From the IMG/VR virus record IMGVR_UViG_3300025326_000020: a stretch of 64,000 nucleotides of DNA; one strand, given 5' to 3'. The first letter of the stretch is position 1. Each line of letters starts with the position of its first letter. The position numbers were made by a program, and so were the translations under genes. The notes under the pieces were generated by a model that was given only the letters and a program-made list of their open reading frames with translations, was not told the DNA's origin and searched no databases. This document shows, piece after piece, positions 10,051-20,408 of the stretch. Origin of the DNA: a virus (lineage: Duplodnaviria > Heunggongvirae > Uroviricota > Caudoviricetes).

Positions 10051-10901
10051 TGGTTGTTAACGAACTAGAGTTCATGCTCAGTGCTACCGGAGTTGTGCTC
10101 AATGCTGACTCAGTATTACCGTATGTAGACATTATTCATGTTAGTGGCCTCGATTCACCGGAATTTCGTGAAACTATTAGAGATCATGAGGGTGTCGATG
10201 GTGGATACATGGATGCTGAATTTGAAAAGGGCAGAGATATAATTCTCGAAGGTGTTGTTTACGCTGATTCTGCCACCGCAGAGGTTTATCTAGATGCGTT
10301 AAAAGCGAATTTTGCTCCATCTACTGTACCAATTCCATTTTACATCTACCCACCTGGTGTTGGTGAAAGAGTTATCTTCGTCAAACCAAGGGGTGTAAGA
10401 TATGATTGGGAACAGCTACGTCGACTTGGTATTACTCAAGCTCAGTTCTTGATGTATGCAGAAGATCCGAGGGTATATACCAATTTACTTCAGGCAGTTA
10501 CAATTGCATTTGGTGGTCCAGCCACTACTGGTTTTGGCTTTAATTTAGGTTTTAACCTAAGCTTCGGCGCAACTGTACCAGTTACGGGCGGTACTGTGGT
10601 GGTTGGTGGCAATAGGCCCGTACCAGCTATTATGACTATTTCTGGACCAGTTACTAACCCACGAATAATTAATGTTACCGATAGCAAGTCACTAGATTTT
10701 ATTATAGAACTTGGTGCACTCGATACATTGTCCATTGATTTAGCAAATAGAACTGTAACATTGAATGGAAACATTAATAGACGTAATGCACTTCAAGAAC
10801 CTAACTGGTGGTTGTTTAATTCTGGTAGCACATTTGTTGTTTTTGGTGGCGGTGCTGGTACTGGCACCGTACTGATTGAGTATAGAGATGCTTGGAGATA
10901 G
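10026..10901 (+). CDS. distal tail protein (Dit-like)
   Basis: directly follows tape measure with overlapping start. Confidence 0.5.
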   Translation: MAFRGENVMVVNELEFMLSATGVVLNADSVLPYVDIIHVSGLDSPEFRETIRDHEGVDGGYMDAEFEKGRDIILEGVVYADSATAEVYLDALKANFAPSTVPIPFYIYPPGVGERVIFVKPRGVRYDWEQLRRLGITQAQFLMYAEDPRVYTNLLQAVTIAFGGPATTGFGFNLGFNLSFGATVPVTGGTVVVGGNRPVPAIMTISGPVTNPRIINVTDSKSLDFIIELGALDTLSIDLANRTVTLNGNINRRNALQEPNWWLFNSGSTFVVFGGGAGTGTVLIEYRDAWR

Positions 10902-12091
10902 TGATGGCTGTCGTTAATCCGCCAGGCTGGTTGCAAAATGCGGGCGCCACCCATACTGCTTCTCAGATGAGAAGTTACTTAGGTGGGATGATGGGTCCAG
11001 CTAGGGCTGCTCTATCACTTGTGCCAGCAGGAGGTGTTAATCAGCATCTTGGTAACAAACTTCAAGTTACTCAGACTGGTTCACCAACAATGGCCATTAT
11101 TGTAAAGTCTGGCATTGCCTGGCTACCTGGTACTGAGAATGGTACTCAAGGTCCATACGGAGCAATGAATGATGCCGACTTGACAATATCGGTTACTGCT
11201 GCTCATGCCACCTTGCCTCGAATCGATATTGTAGTCTTTAAGGTAGAAGACTCACAGTATTCTGGCGCGGTCGATACGGCATCCCTAGTGGTAGTAGCTG
11301 GTACTCCTGCTGGTTCTCCAACTGCGCCAGCAGTACCTGCAAATGGGCTAAAACTGGCTGATATTGCGGTGGCGGCTGCTGCTGCTAGCATCACTAATGC
11401 CAATATAACTGATCAGCGAACCTATCTTGGAACCGCTTCTGGGATTATCCTACCAGATGTTCAAGTGTTTACTGCTGGTGGAAGTTGGAACAAGCCCACT
11501 GGAGCACGATTTGTTCATGTACAGGTTCAAGGTAGTGGCGGCGCTGGCGGTGGTGGCGCTGCTGCTAGTGCTGGTCAGCATTCCAAAGGTTGTGGTGGCG
11601 GCGGCGGTGGCTACGCGGAGAGTATTCTAGATGCTAGCGTTTTAGCAGCTACTGTAACGGTCACTGTCGGTGCTGGTGGTGCTGGTGTTTCCGGTGGTGC
11701 TGGTAATGCCGGTAATACCTCATCATTTGGTGCTAGTGTTGTAGCTGCCGGTGGGTCTGGCGGTGCTACTTCCACTGGATCAGCAGCTTCGTATGGTACT
11801 GCTGGTGCTGCTGGTGGTATAGGTACAACTGGTCAAATTTTAACCAGAGGTGGCGCTGGAGGCAATGCCTATGGCGATGTACAATTATCAACTGGAGGCC
11901 CTGGCGGATCATCGCATATGGGTGGTGGCGGTATTGGTACCGCTACCGTTTCTGCTGGTCAATCAATTGCGGGTGGCACTGGTGGAGTATATGGTGGCGG
12001 CGGTGGGGGTGGATCAGTTGCAGGCACTGGTGCTGCCGCTACAGGTGGTACCGGCGGCGGTGGATTAGTAATTGTTACAACTTACTTCTAG
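10892..12091 (+). CDS. glycine-rich minor tail protein
   Basis: C-terminal two-thirds dominated by GGxGG/GGAGG repeats, as in actinophage minor tail proteins. Confidence 0.6.
   Translation: MEIVMAVVNPPGWLQNAGATHTASQMRSYLGGMMGPARAALSLVPAGGVNQHLGNKLQVTQTGSPTMAIIVKSGIAWLPGTENGTQGPYGAMNDADLTISVTAAHATLPRIDIVVFKVEDSQYSGAVDTASLVVVAGTPAGSPTAPAVPANGLKLADIAVAAAAASITNANITDQRTYLGTASGIILPDVQVFTAGGSWNKPTGARFVHVQVQGSGGAGGGGAAASAGQHSKGCGGGGGGYAESILDASVLAATVTVTVGAGGAGVSGGAGNAGNTSSFGASVVAAGGSGGATSTGSAASYGTAGAAGGIGTTGQILTRGGAGGNAYGDVQLSTGGPGGSSHMGGGGIGTATVSAGQSIAGGTGGVYGGGGGGGSVAGTGAAATGGTGGGGLVIVTTYF
11500..12080 (+). repeat. low-complexity GGN-rich coding repeats (Gly-rich tail protein)
   Basis: ggtggcggcggtgg-type periodicity. 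Confidence 0.5.
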
Positions 12092-12099
12092 GAGTAGTT

Positions 12100-12369
12100 A
12101 TGTCTGAGAACGTACAAGCGCTATATACAGGATTGTGCAGATACGGTCCATACCACACTCTAAGAATGACTTCTAAATATGTTGCCGGTTTCTACTTGGT
12201 TAGGCTGTCAGATAGTTGGGTGTGGGTTTATGACTACAATCAGCAACGAAAGTTGTTTACTGCACAATCTAACGAAGGTAGATTAGCAAACGAAGGTGAG
12301 ATAGACGAAGTAACATCTGGGGGCATTTGGGATTATAAGGTGTTCGCAGAACCTCCTGTTGGAGGATAA
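12100..12369 (+). CDS. hypothetical protein
   Basis: ORF with GGAG RBS. Confidence 0.45.
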   Translation: MSENVQALYTGLCRYGPYHTLRMTSKYVAGFYLVRLSDSWVWVYDYNQQRKLFTAQSNEGRLANEGEIDEVTSGGIWDYKVFAEPPVGG

Positions 12370-12371
12370 CA

Positions 12372-13466
12372 ATGGCTCAGTACCGGTATTACTTTGGCTC
12401 ACTACGGACCGAGGAGGTTATCGCAGAAATTGATTTATTTGGCACCTTCCTTGATCTAGAACTTAATATCGGTGGACAGTTCAATGGTTCTTATAAGTTA
12501 GATCAAACTGGCAAACGAAATAGAGATTTGTTAGAAGCTACCATTCCAGGCCGTTCGTTTGTAATATGTGAACGAAACGGTGTAGCTATTTGGGGTGGCT
12601 TTATTTGGAGTCGTACCTATCAAAGTCAAGCTAAAAACATTCAGATGTTTGGGTTGAGTTTTGAGCATTATCCATATTATCGAGTGTTGGAAAACGATTT
12701 CGCTCTATTTGGAGATCAAATTGATGTTTTTCGCCAACTGTGGCTTGACATGCAAGATGATTCATTATATCCTGGTGGTAATCTAAATATAATTGTGCCA
12801 TCGAATACATTCACTTCCACAGACAAATTCATTAATGCTCTTGGCACAGATAAAAGAATATTTGGTGAGTTGATGTCTGAACTTGCCGATGCTGTGGATG
12901 GATTCGATTGGTACATATCATGCAGTCGGAGTGGATCTACTTATAGAAAAGATTTGGTAATAGGATATCCTACTATAGGATCACCACTAGGACCTAATTC
13001 ACTAATCTACCAATACCCAGGTTCAGTACTGAACTACTACCAAGTCGAAAGCATGTCCGAAGCCGGTACTCATGTACAAGTTGTTGGTTCTGGCGAAGGT
13101 AATACGATGGTAGTTGGATATTCTAGAAATGAAGAAATGATTGCTCAGGGTTGGCCAAGATGGGACAAAGTTGTATCACGTAAGGATATCACCTCATTCT
13201 CTACAATTGATAAAATAGCAACTCAAGAGGGTATAACTAGACGACCACCAATGACAATGTTAAAAATTAGTATGAAAGCTGATGAAACACCAGAGTTTGG
13301 TGATTTTGGTATTGGTGATACCGTTAGGGTTGTCATTCAAGACGCTAGAAATGAAGACGAATTAGATTTTCCTGGTCGAATTGTAAAGTGGGAATTGAAT
13401 CCACCAACTACTGAGAATTCGGAAGAATATAATTTAATCTTCCAAGGCGATAACGAAACGGAGTAA
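12372..13466 (+). CDS. minor tail/baseplate protein
   Basis: 364 aa ORF in the tail module. Confidence 0.5.
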   Translation: MAQYRYYFGSLRTEEVIAEIDLFGTFLDLELNIGGQFNGSYKLDQTGKRNRDLLEATIPGRSFVICERNGVAIWGGFIWSRTYQSQAKNIQMFGLSFEHYPYYRVLENDFALFGDQIDVFRQLWLDMQDDSLYPGGNLNIIVPSNTFTSTDKFINALGTDKRIFGELMSELADAVDGFDWYISCSRSGSTYRKDLVIGYPTIGSPLGPNSLIYQYPGSVLNYYQVESMSEAGTHVQVVGSGEGNTMVVGYSRNEEMIAQGWPRWDKVVSRKDITSFSTIDKIATQEGITRRPPMTMLKISMKADETPEFGDFGIGDTVRVVIQDARNEDELDFPGRIVKWELNPPTTENSEEYNLIFQGDNETE

Positions 13467-13468
13467 CC

Positions 13469-14314
13469 ATGCCTGGCAAGTATAGGACAAATGAACCAGA
13501 TCTAATGAAGATAATTGCGGACTTAAGAAGTAGGATCTCTAAATTAGAGAGAACTCCACAAATACCTAATACTGGTATTAGTACCGGTGGTATTGTTGTA
13601 AATGGTGGATCTATTATTTGGTTTCGTCCAGGTGTGTTTGAATCTTTAGCCACTAACACTGAAGGTGTAATCAATATTGGCTCGAATATATCTATTAATG
13701 GTGAAGAAGGAATGGCTATCGTAATTAGTAGATCAGAAACTGTGTCAACTGATTATTTGTATCCAGATGGATCGCCAATACTAGGTGCATCACTAATGCG
13801 CATGGGCACAGTTGATGGAAGTATAATTGATCCGGATTTCGCTTTTCCTAGTTTTGAGATTTATGATAAAAGTGGTGATATATTAATAGCTGATAGTCTA
13901 AACGCCCGTAGAGGCTTTAGCGCTCCAGATTTTTCTATACCATTTACCGACAAAGTATTAGCCACAACCACAAGTGGTACTTACTCGGATATTGCTGGAT
14001 TAGAGTGGTATCAATATCATCCACACCTAAGATTCAGACTTGTTTACTTCAATGATGCTTCAACTACTGGTGAAATTTCCATCATTGAGGAAGACACGAG
14101 TCGAGAAGTTGTGGAAGCTATAATCACACCAGCTGGTGGACCAGCATATGTTGATATAGTTATGCGACGATCTAGATTGACAAATGGTGCAAGTCCAAAT
14201 GGTAATCCAACACTCTTAAATGTTAGGCATCGACGCGCCACCGGTGCTGGTACAGTAAGAACTAGAGTAGCTAGTATAGTTGGGATAGATTTATCTTGGT
14301 TCGAGGGCTTTTAG
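13469..14314 (+). CDS. minor tail protein
   Basis: 281 aa ORF in the tail module. Confidence 0.5.
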   Translation: MPGKYRTNEPDLMKIIADLRSRISKLERTPQIPNTGISTGGIVVNGGSIIWFRPGVFESLATNTEGVINIGSNISINGEEGMAIVISRSETVSTDYLYPDGSPILGASLMRMGTVDGSIIDPDFAFPSFEIYDKSGDILIADSLNARRGFSAPDFSIPFTDKVLATTTSGTYSDIAGLEWYQYHPHLRFRLVYFNDASTTGEISIIEEDTSREVVEAIITPAGGPAYVDIVMRRSRLTNGASPNGNPTLLNVRHRRATGAGTVRTRVASIVGIDLSWFEGF

Positions 14315-14363
14315 TATCTGTAGAGGTGTCTACATCCCTACGTCTCGGAAGTAAGAGGAATGA

Positions 14364-14579
14364 GTGTACAGGTGGGTAAAGAATGCGGTGATGCTTACCG
14401 CACTATGTATTTGGGCAGTATATATGCTCACATATCTCGTCAGAGGTATTCTACCTGACCCTGCACTATGGGGTGTGCCAGGTGCTATTTGGTTGGCCTT
14501 GAATCCGCCATTCATCAGTAACTTGGTGAGGAAGTCGAAGCAGACAACACCGTCGGAACCGCAGGAGTCAGAACAATGA
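14364..14579 (+). CDS. small two-transmembrane protein
   Basis: two hydrophobic helices with a charged C-terminus. Confidence 0.4.
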   Translation: MYRWVKNAVMLTALCIWAVYMLTYLVRGILPDPALWGVPGAIWLALNPPFISNLVRKSKQTTPSEPQESEQ

Positions 14580-14684
14580 CATATTTGTATCAAGCCATAT
14601 TATATACGATCATATTTGGTGTAGTTGGGGCAGGGGTAGGCGTAGGCGTAGCAAGTTGGTTCTTAGGAGGGAGACAAAAGAATA

Positions 14685-15053
14685 ATGGCCCTTGATACCA
14701 GAAAATGGCTTGGTAGTGATTCGGTAGAACTATTCCTCCGAATAATGGTTGCTGTTACAGTAATTATCTCTCTTATCCTTTTCATTCGACAAACTAGCTT
14801 TGCCGATTGTCAAACTAGATATAATCAGGCTCACGTTGAATATACATCCAACAATCAAGATATTGCTATATTAGACAATAAATTAGTTCATGATTTATTC
14901 AGATCTATCTATGATGCTGGTCAGCGACACAATGCACAAACAGCCAATGATATGAATGCAGCTTATATAAAGTACTTTACTACGGTGGATCTCATTGATA
15001 AGCAGCGATCAGCGAATCCACCCCCACCATTTCCAATAGACTATTGTGGGTGA
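14685..15053 (+). CDS. membrane-anchored hypothetical protein
   Basis: GGAGGGAG RBS; N-terminal transmembrane helix. Confidence 0.5.
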   Translation: MALDTRKWLGSDSVELFLRIMVAVTVIISLILFIRQTSFADCQTRYNQAHVEYTSNNQDIAILDNKLVHDLFRSIYDAGQRHNAQTANDMNAAYIKYFTTVDLIDKQRSANPPPPFPIDYCG

Positions 15054-15056
15054 AAT

Positions 15057-15425
15057 ATGACAATAACTACAGGTCTAGTAACAAAGCACGATATTGTTAT
15101 TAGACAGGGTTCTGTTTTCACTCTGAATATATCTGTGAAGAATAGCGACGGTACTATTATGGTGCTCACTGGTTATTCTGCTCAGATGCAGATAAGATCG
15201 ACAGTAGATTCTAGTATAGTTCTGCTGGAAGCATCAACAATTAATGGTATGATAACTATAAATGGACCTGCTGGAATAGTTATGATCAATGTCGATGCTG
15301 TTGTAACAGCAGCCTTGACCTGGAACACTGGTGTGTACGATCTAGAAGTATTTACTACCGCTGCCAATACTTTAAGAGTATTGGAAGGAGATGCGGCCTT
15401 GAGCCCGGAGGTAACAAGACCATGA
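15057..15425 (+). CDS. hypothetical virion protein
   Basis: ORF; beta-rich composition. Confidence 0.45.
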   Translation: MTITTGLVTKHDIVIRQGSVFTLNISVKNSDGTIMVLTGYSAQMQIRSTVDSSIVLLEASTINGMITINGPAGIVMINVDAVVTAALTWNTGVYDLEVFTTAANTLRVLEGDAALSPEVTRP

Positions 15426-16003
15426 TCGATGTAACCAAGATCCATGTTGTTGAACCAGATATGCGACGTTTGACTGATAATGGTGGGGATAGGGCTGAAC
15501 TCATTGATAACGTCCTCATCCAGTTGTTCGATAAGGAAGGCAAAATCAAGTATGAGCAGATGATTCACAATCTGATCACTGACGCTGGTGATCTATACTA
15601 CGCTGGTATGGCAATTGCTTTGGTCACGCCAGCAGCTCCTGCACAGCCGACAAAGATGACAGGTATGAAATTGGGTACGGGTGTCACTGCTGTTGCCAAG
15701 GCTGGCGCTGGCGCTGCTCTGGTTACGTATATTTCTGGATCGAACAATGCATTCGATGCGACATGGCCAGTAGTGCAAAACCTTGGTGCTGGTCTTGGTG
15801 TGAATGGTCAATATAAGACATCATGGCTCGCTGGCGATGTTACTAACGCAGCAATTACCGAAGCTGTCATCGTGAACGACGCTGGTACAGATGCCACCAC
15901 ATCGGCCGCAAACACAGCTCATCGAGTTGTATTCACTGCGATCAACAAGACAGCATCAGACTCGCTCGTGATCACGTGGAATGCTAAATTCCTTGGTGTG
16001 TAA
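15422..16003 (+). CDS. hypothetical structural protein
   Basis: ORF with overlapping start. Confidence 0.45.
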   Translation: MIDVTKIHVVEPDMRRLTDNGGDRAELIDNVLIQLFDKEGKIKYEQMIHNLITDAGDLYYAGMAIALVTPAAPAQPTKMTGMKLGTGVTAVAKAGAGAALVTYISGSNNAFDATWPVVQNLGAGLGVNGQYKTSWLAGDVTNAAITEAVIVNDAGTDATTSAANTAHRVVFTAINKTASDSLVITWNAKFLGV

Positions 16004-16026
16004 CAACTTAATGAGAGGACAGTTCC

Positions 16027-16293
16027 ATGGCATTACTGACGAACGATCAGGCCCAGATGGTCTACATGGATGGTGCATGTGGTCGTACCGCTTTGTACTC
16101 ACTGAAAAATGTCACTGCTGCTGATACAGTTGACGTCGCCGCCCATTTTAAAGTCGTCAAGAGAGCTGGAATTGTCAGTGATACTGGCACTACCATTGCT
16201 GCGATTGCTACAATTGTCGGAACGGTGATAACGATTCCGACTGGGCCTGCTGCTGATGGGGTGTGGCTGATTGTGGTGGGGGTGGCAACCTAG
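16027..16293 (+). CDS. hypothetical protein
   Basis: ORF with GAGAGGA RBS. Confidence 0.4.
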   Translation: MALLTNDQAQMVYMDGACGRTALYSLKNVTAADTVDVAAHFKVVKRAGIVSDTGTTIAAIATIVGTVITIPTGPAADGVWLIVVGVAT

Positions 16294-16724
16294 TGGCCCG
16301 TTTCGCGGTGGCCGGCCGCTCAACAGTGGCAGGGACAAACGTGCGCGCGTTAGCATCTATCTTTGCCACAACCGCTGTAACACCAATCATCTACGAGATT
16401 GGTGTATTCAATACGACCGCGACTGCTGTGGCTGTAGGTGTTGCGCGATTTACGAATGCGACTGGAGTTGGAGCTGGACTGACCGAAATAGCCCTGGGTG
16501 ACCCAGTTCATGTTGCCGTGGCTACTGGATTTGCTGGACATACTGCGGACGGGGCAATATCCGGCCTGGTCCGTGCAGCCGTTCTCGGTGCGGCAATTGG
16601 TTCAGGAGTTATCTGGACATTCGCTAATGGTCTAACAATTCCATCTGGCACTGCTAACGGCGTCGGAATCACCATTCCTACTGGAACCGGGCAGATTTGC
16701 GACTACTATATCGAGTGGGACTAA
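16263..16724 (+). CDS. hypothetical Gly/Ala/Thr-rich structural protein
   Basis: ORF. Confidence 0.4.
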   Translation: MADCGGGGNLVARFAVAGRSTVAGTNVRALASIFATTAVTPIIYEIGVFNTTATAVAVGVARFTNATGVGAGLTEIALGDPVHVAVATGFAGHTADGAISGLVRAAVLGAAIGSGVIWTFANGLTIPSGTANGVGITIPTGTGQICDYYIEWD

Positions 16725-16739
16725 GCCTGGAGGCAAGTC

Positions 16740-17492
16740 GTGTCGATCTCACACAGTGCATCATCTGGAATCGAGGCGGCCACTACTGCTAAAGGGTCAA
16801 CCTCGACAACGGTGGCGCATGTTGGCACGGCTGCTGGTCGACTGGCGATTCTAATGGTGACAGTCAAACCAGACACGGCCACGTGGGGAATTGACCCATC
16901 AGGTTGGCAGCAAGTGGTAAATACTACGGGTGGCACCGGCACTACTGGTGCTGATGTCGGGCTGACTCGTCTTGGCATATGGTGGAAGGTTCTCCTTGGT
17001 AACGAGGGCACCTCTAATGTAACCATCACCAACAGCGGTGGTAGCGCCACCGGCGGCGGGATGTCTGTCTATGCCGGCACTTTAGGTGCATGGGCCAATC
17101 CTATAGCTGTCACTGGAACAGATGCAGCTCATGGCACTGGTCGCACGTGTGTGTGCGGCGCGTGGGGATCTGCGCTCGCCGCTAGTGATTTGGTTGTAAT
17201 TGCTCACTCGTCCGACACCGACGCGGTTGGTGCAGTATCAGCATTCACAATTACCCAGACGTCGGCCACATTCGGAGCTACTGCAATTCGTAATCAACGG
17301 TTGTCTAGCAGTGGCAACGACTGCGGTTTGTACTCTGGTGATGCTGCTGTGACGGCTGGTAACGCTAATGCTCCTACCATCGGGTTTACCTACGCCACCA
17401 GCCAATGTGGGGCGGGGGCAACGGTTAGACTGCGTGAGCTCACACCTGGTGCAACTCCTAGTCTGGTCGCGGCAAGGTATGGCCGGCGGTGA
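16740..17492 (+). CDS. hypothetical structural protein (possible receptor-binding region)
   Basis: ORF. Confidence 0.45.
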   Translation: MSISHSASSGIEAATTAKGSTSTTVAHVGTAAGRLAILMVTVKPDTATWGIDPSGWQQVVNTTGGTGTTGADVGLTRLGIWWKVLLGNEGTSNVTITNSGGSATGGGMSVYAGTLGAWANPIAVTGTDAAHGTGRTCVCGAWGSALAASDLVVIAHSSDTDAVGAVSAFTITQTSATFGATAIRNQRLSSSGNDCGLYSGDAAVTAGNANAPTIGFTYATSQCGAGATVRLRELTPGATPSLVAARYGRR

Positions 17493-19246
17493 GTAATCTT
17501 CTACGAGTGCCCGTTGGTCGGGCTGCCCTACTTGTCAATGGTCCACCTCGGTTGATTGTACCACCGACTGAGTTGCCTGTTTACGATCCACCGACGTTTC
17601 CTGATGCTGTTGATTTAGCAGAAGCGGCAGGGACTAGGGCGTTTGGCTCGGTCACGACTGCTGCTGGTGACTATTTGGTCATAGAGATCATTGCCGAGCA
17701 GAATGGTGCTGGAGAGACATATCCACTCACTGGTGGAGGGCTAACCTATACTCAACAGACTGACAACGGAACTGGCAGCGGACACGTTCGTATTCTGCAA
17801 TCAACCGCTCCTGATGCTACAGGCGGCACCATAGTAGTCACCTGTACTCCATCCGATCCCAGCAGGTTGTGGCATGGTCGAGTTACCGTCGTACGAGGCT
17901 CTGCTGGTCCTAGTGGTGCTGCTGCTTCTTTGACCACGCAGACCGTGTCGATGGCTCGTACTGGTATTAACTCCGCCGTCTTTATGGCTGTTGGTGATTG
18001 GAACGTAGATGCTGTTGGAAGTCCTACGTGGATACCTGGTGGTGCGACCGTAGCTAGCCAGCAAGGTTCTGGAGCTACATACATTCTTGGTCGTTGGGAC
18101 AACGCGGGCGCTCCTGTCACTGAAGCACATGGTATCAGCTCACCGACATATACCACACCTTCATCAGCCGCACTAGAGATGCTAGGCATCTTGAATGAAG
18201 GTGACGGTACTACTTTTCCTGTTACTCAAACTGACTCCACAGGTCTCACTGACAATATACTAATTACACTAAACCTCGAACGTACCGATTCATCTGGCCT
18301 TACTGACAATCTAGCACTTACTCGCTCACTTGTTACCACAGACTCCGCAAACCTTGTTGACAGCGCACTCTTTACTCAAACACTTGAACGCACAGATTCT
18401 ATAGGACTTACAGACACATCAACACTAGAATTAGCCAAAACGGTTACGCAAACAGATTCTACAGGACTTACAGACAACGTACTGATTACTCAGAGTCTCA
18501 TACGAACTGACGATGTAGGGTTGACTGATACACCAATAGTACTACTAACTATTAATAGAACTTTTACAGATGATTCTGGACTGACAGATAATGTATCTGT
18601 TCAACTCGTTAAGCTTGTCACTCAGACTGATGACATTGGACCGACAGATAATATACTTTTCAGTGTTCAAAAGGTTATCACAGACGGTTCTGGATTAACT
18701 GATGTGGTTGTCTTCAATCAACAAAAATTAGTCACTGATAGTTCTGGTCTTACAGATACTGCTGCTATCCAGCTAGCTAAGCTCATTACACAAAGTGACA
18801 GTTCAGGTTTAACTGATAACGTTCTTCTCGGCATCCAAAAAGTTAATACAGATAGTAGTGGTCTCACTGATGTAACTACGACCTCATCAACATTCCCGAG
18901 AACCTTTACGGATTCCTCTGGATTAATTGATGATTTCGCAGCACTATTAACAAAAACTGTGACACAGACAGACAGTTCAGGTCTAACAGATACGTTCATA
19001 ACACAAATGGTAAAGATCATAACACAAACAGATAATGCTGGGCTTACCGATACGACGTTAATCGCACTAGTAAAATTAATCACGATCAATGATTCCGTCG
19101 GTCTGGTTGATACGTTTTCTGCTATAGGTCCACCAGTGGTGATAGACGTAATATCTAGAGTAGATAATAATACAGTTATAGTTACACTATCTTCTGATAT
19201 AAATGCAAGAATTCCAACAATAGATATAATTGCCACAATCAACTAG
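17489..19246 (+). CDS. tail fibre protein with ~17 tandem 19-residue repeats (TDSSGLTDN...)
   Basis: 585 aa; internal periodic repeat visible in both protein and DNA; last + strand gene before the terminator. Confidence 0.6.
   Translation: MSNLLRVPVGRAALLVNGPPRLIVPPTELPVYDPPTFPDAVDLAEAAGTRAFGSVTTAAGDYLVIEIIAEQNGAGETYPLTGGGLTYTQQTDNGTGSGHVRILQSTAPDATGGTIVVTCTPSDPSRLWHGRVTVVRGSAGPSGAAASLTTQTVSMARTGINSAVFMAVGDWNVDAVGSPTWIPGGATVASQQGSGATYILGRWDNAGAPVTEAHGISSPTYTTPSSAALEMLGILNEGDGTTFPVTQTDSTGLTDNILITLNLERTDSSGLTDNLALTRSLVTTDSANLVDSALFTQTLERTDSIGLTDTSTLELAKTVTQTDSTGLTDNVLITQSLIRTDDVGLTDTPIVLLTINRTFTDDSGLTDNVSVQLVKLVTQTDDIGPTDNILFSVQKVITDGSGLTDVVVFNQQKLVTDSSGLTDTAAIQLAKLITQSDSSGLTDNVLLGIQKVNTDSSGLTDVTTTSSTFPRTFTDSSGLIDDFAALLTKTVTQTDSSGLTDTFITQMVKIITQTDNAGLTDTTLIALVKLITINDSVGLVDTFSAIGPPVVIDVISRVDNNTVIVTLSSDINARIPTIDIIATIN
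18200..19140 (+). repeat. tandem ~57-nt coding repeats inside the tail fibre gene
   Basis: recurring gactc(c/t)(a/t)caggtct(c/t)actgacaa units. Confidence 0.6.
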
Positions 19247-19257
19247 TTTATAGATAA

Positions 19258-19300
19258 ATAGTGGGCTGGAACCTTTATGGTTCCAGCCCATTTCTGTGTC
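19258..19300. terminator. bidirectional intrinsic terminator between convergent modules
   Basis: 11-bp perfect stem gggctggaacc/ggttccagccc with loop ttta, flanked by T-rich tracts on both strands. Confidence 0.6.
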
Positions 19301-19753
19301 TCATCCTAGTTGCTCTTTTAGAACATAAAGTATTTCTTTGAACCATTTTTTATCATTCTTCATTCGATAGCTGAGTAATAATCTAGCTGCGTCCATGGCG
19401 TGAGGCTTACCAGGAACCCACAGGTGGAGCGACTTGATTTTTGTGTTGTCCCAAAACCCTTTACCATCACTAGGAGAAATCTCAAAAATTGGAATTTTCT
19501 TCTGTTGGGCATATAGTTTGAGGATGCCTATGTATTCAACGCCTGTAAATACTGCACCTGTTTGGCCTTGTCGGAATTGGAAAGCTTCATAGACAATGGC
19601 TTTAGGTTGTAATGAAACACATGACTCATAAAGCATATCATGCGGGCTTGGGTAATCATCAAATCTCATTTGGAAAGATCTGTATTTATCACCAGTTAGA
19701 GTAGTGATACCTGTGGTGACTCCAGGATCAAAGGCCGCAAGATCAACACTCAT
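19301..19753 (-). CDS. RuvC-like Holliday junction resolvase
   Basis: N-terminal DPGVTTGI motif similar to the RuvC/A22 resolvase start. Confidence 0.5.
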   Translation of the reverse strand: MSVDLAAFDPGVTTGITTLTGDKYRSFQMRFDDYPSPHDMLYESCVSLQPKAIVYEAFQFRQGQTGAVFTGVEYIGILKLYAQQKKIPIFEISPSDGKGFWDNTKIKSLHLWVPGKPHAMDAARLLLSYRMKNDKKWFKEILYVLKEQLG

Positions 19754-20088
19754 TGAATAGCATCCTGAAATAAATAGTTGAATGAGTCATCGTCAATAAT
19801 TGTTGCATCAACACCGTTTATGAGAACAATCCACTGACCTGGTTTGACCTTAGTATTTAAACCATTAACGTTAATAGTGAGCGTGATTTCACCAATGGTA
19901 GTTCCCTTTGGAGCAAAATCAATTTCAATCTTATTGAGCATTGATGAAATAGTTTCCATATAACTGTAACTAATTTCATTAACAGTTAACCATTCTAAAC
20001 ACTCAGTCTTGCGACTTTGATGCCATCTAAATGCTATTACGGAGCTTAATGGGTTGACGTCATAAACACCGGCATAACCATTGATCAT
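19750..20088 (-). CDS. hypothetical protein
   Basis: ORF. Confidence 0.4.
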   Translation of the reverse strand: MINGYAGVYDVNPLSSVIAFRWHQSRKTECLEWLTVNEISYSYMETISSMLNKIEIDFAPKGTTIGEITLTINVNGLNTKVKPGQWIVLINGVDATIIDDDSFNYLFQDAIQ

Positions 20089-20408
20089 TAAACCATATCC
20101 CTAGTCTTGGTGGAATAGAACACTCGACGGTTAACTATCCGCTGTGCATCACGTTCGTTATAGTCATTGACCTGTGCTTCACAGCTCCCACAACCACACA
20201 GTTCTGAAATGGGTTTAGTAACATGATCAGTCCAGCAGTGACCATCATTAGCTAGGCAGCACTTGCAGTTCTTGCACAAAGCCGTGAGAATTTCGCCATT
20301 CACAGTCTTAGTTACTTGCGGCTTCGGCTTTCTTGTCGACATTCTTATCCTCCTTCGTTGTGTCAACCCAACTAGGATCAGCACTGTTACCACCAAGCTG
20401 ACTACCAA
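20088..20408 (-). CDS. Cys-rich zinc-finger protein
   Basis: CKNCKCC...CGCGSC motifs. Confidence 0.4.
   Translation of the reverse strand: MVVSLVVTVLILVGLTQRRRIRMSTRKPKPQVTKTVNGEILTALCKNCKCCLANDGHCWTDHVTKPISELCGCGSCEAQVNDYNERDAQRIVNRRVFYSTKTRDMV

Noticed and set aside
11203-12068. alternative-frame ORFs inside the Gly-rich tail gene (11203..11403 -, 11427..11630 +, 11850..12068 +)
   Set aside because: These are reading-frame artefacts of the GGN repeat DNA, nested in a longer, better-supported ORF.
14330-14593. - strand ORF overlapping + strand 14364..14579
   Set aside because: It is antisense to a small + strand membrane-protein ORF that fits the operon direction. The - strand ORF has no RBS and low coding likelihood.
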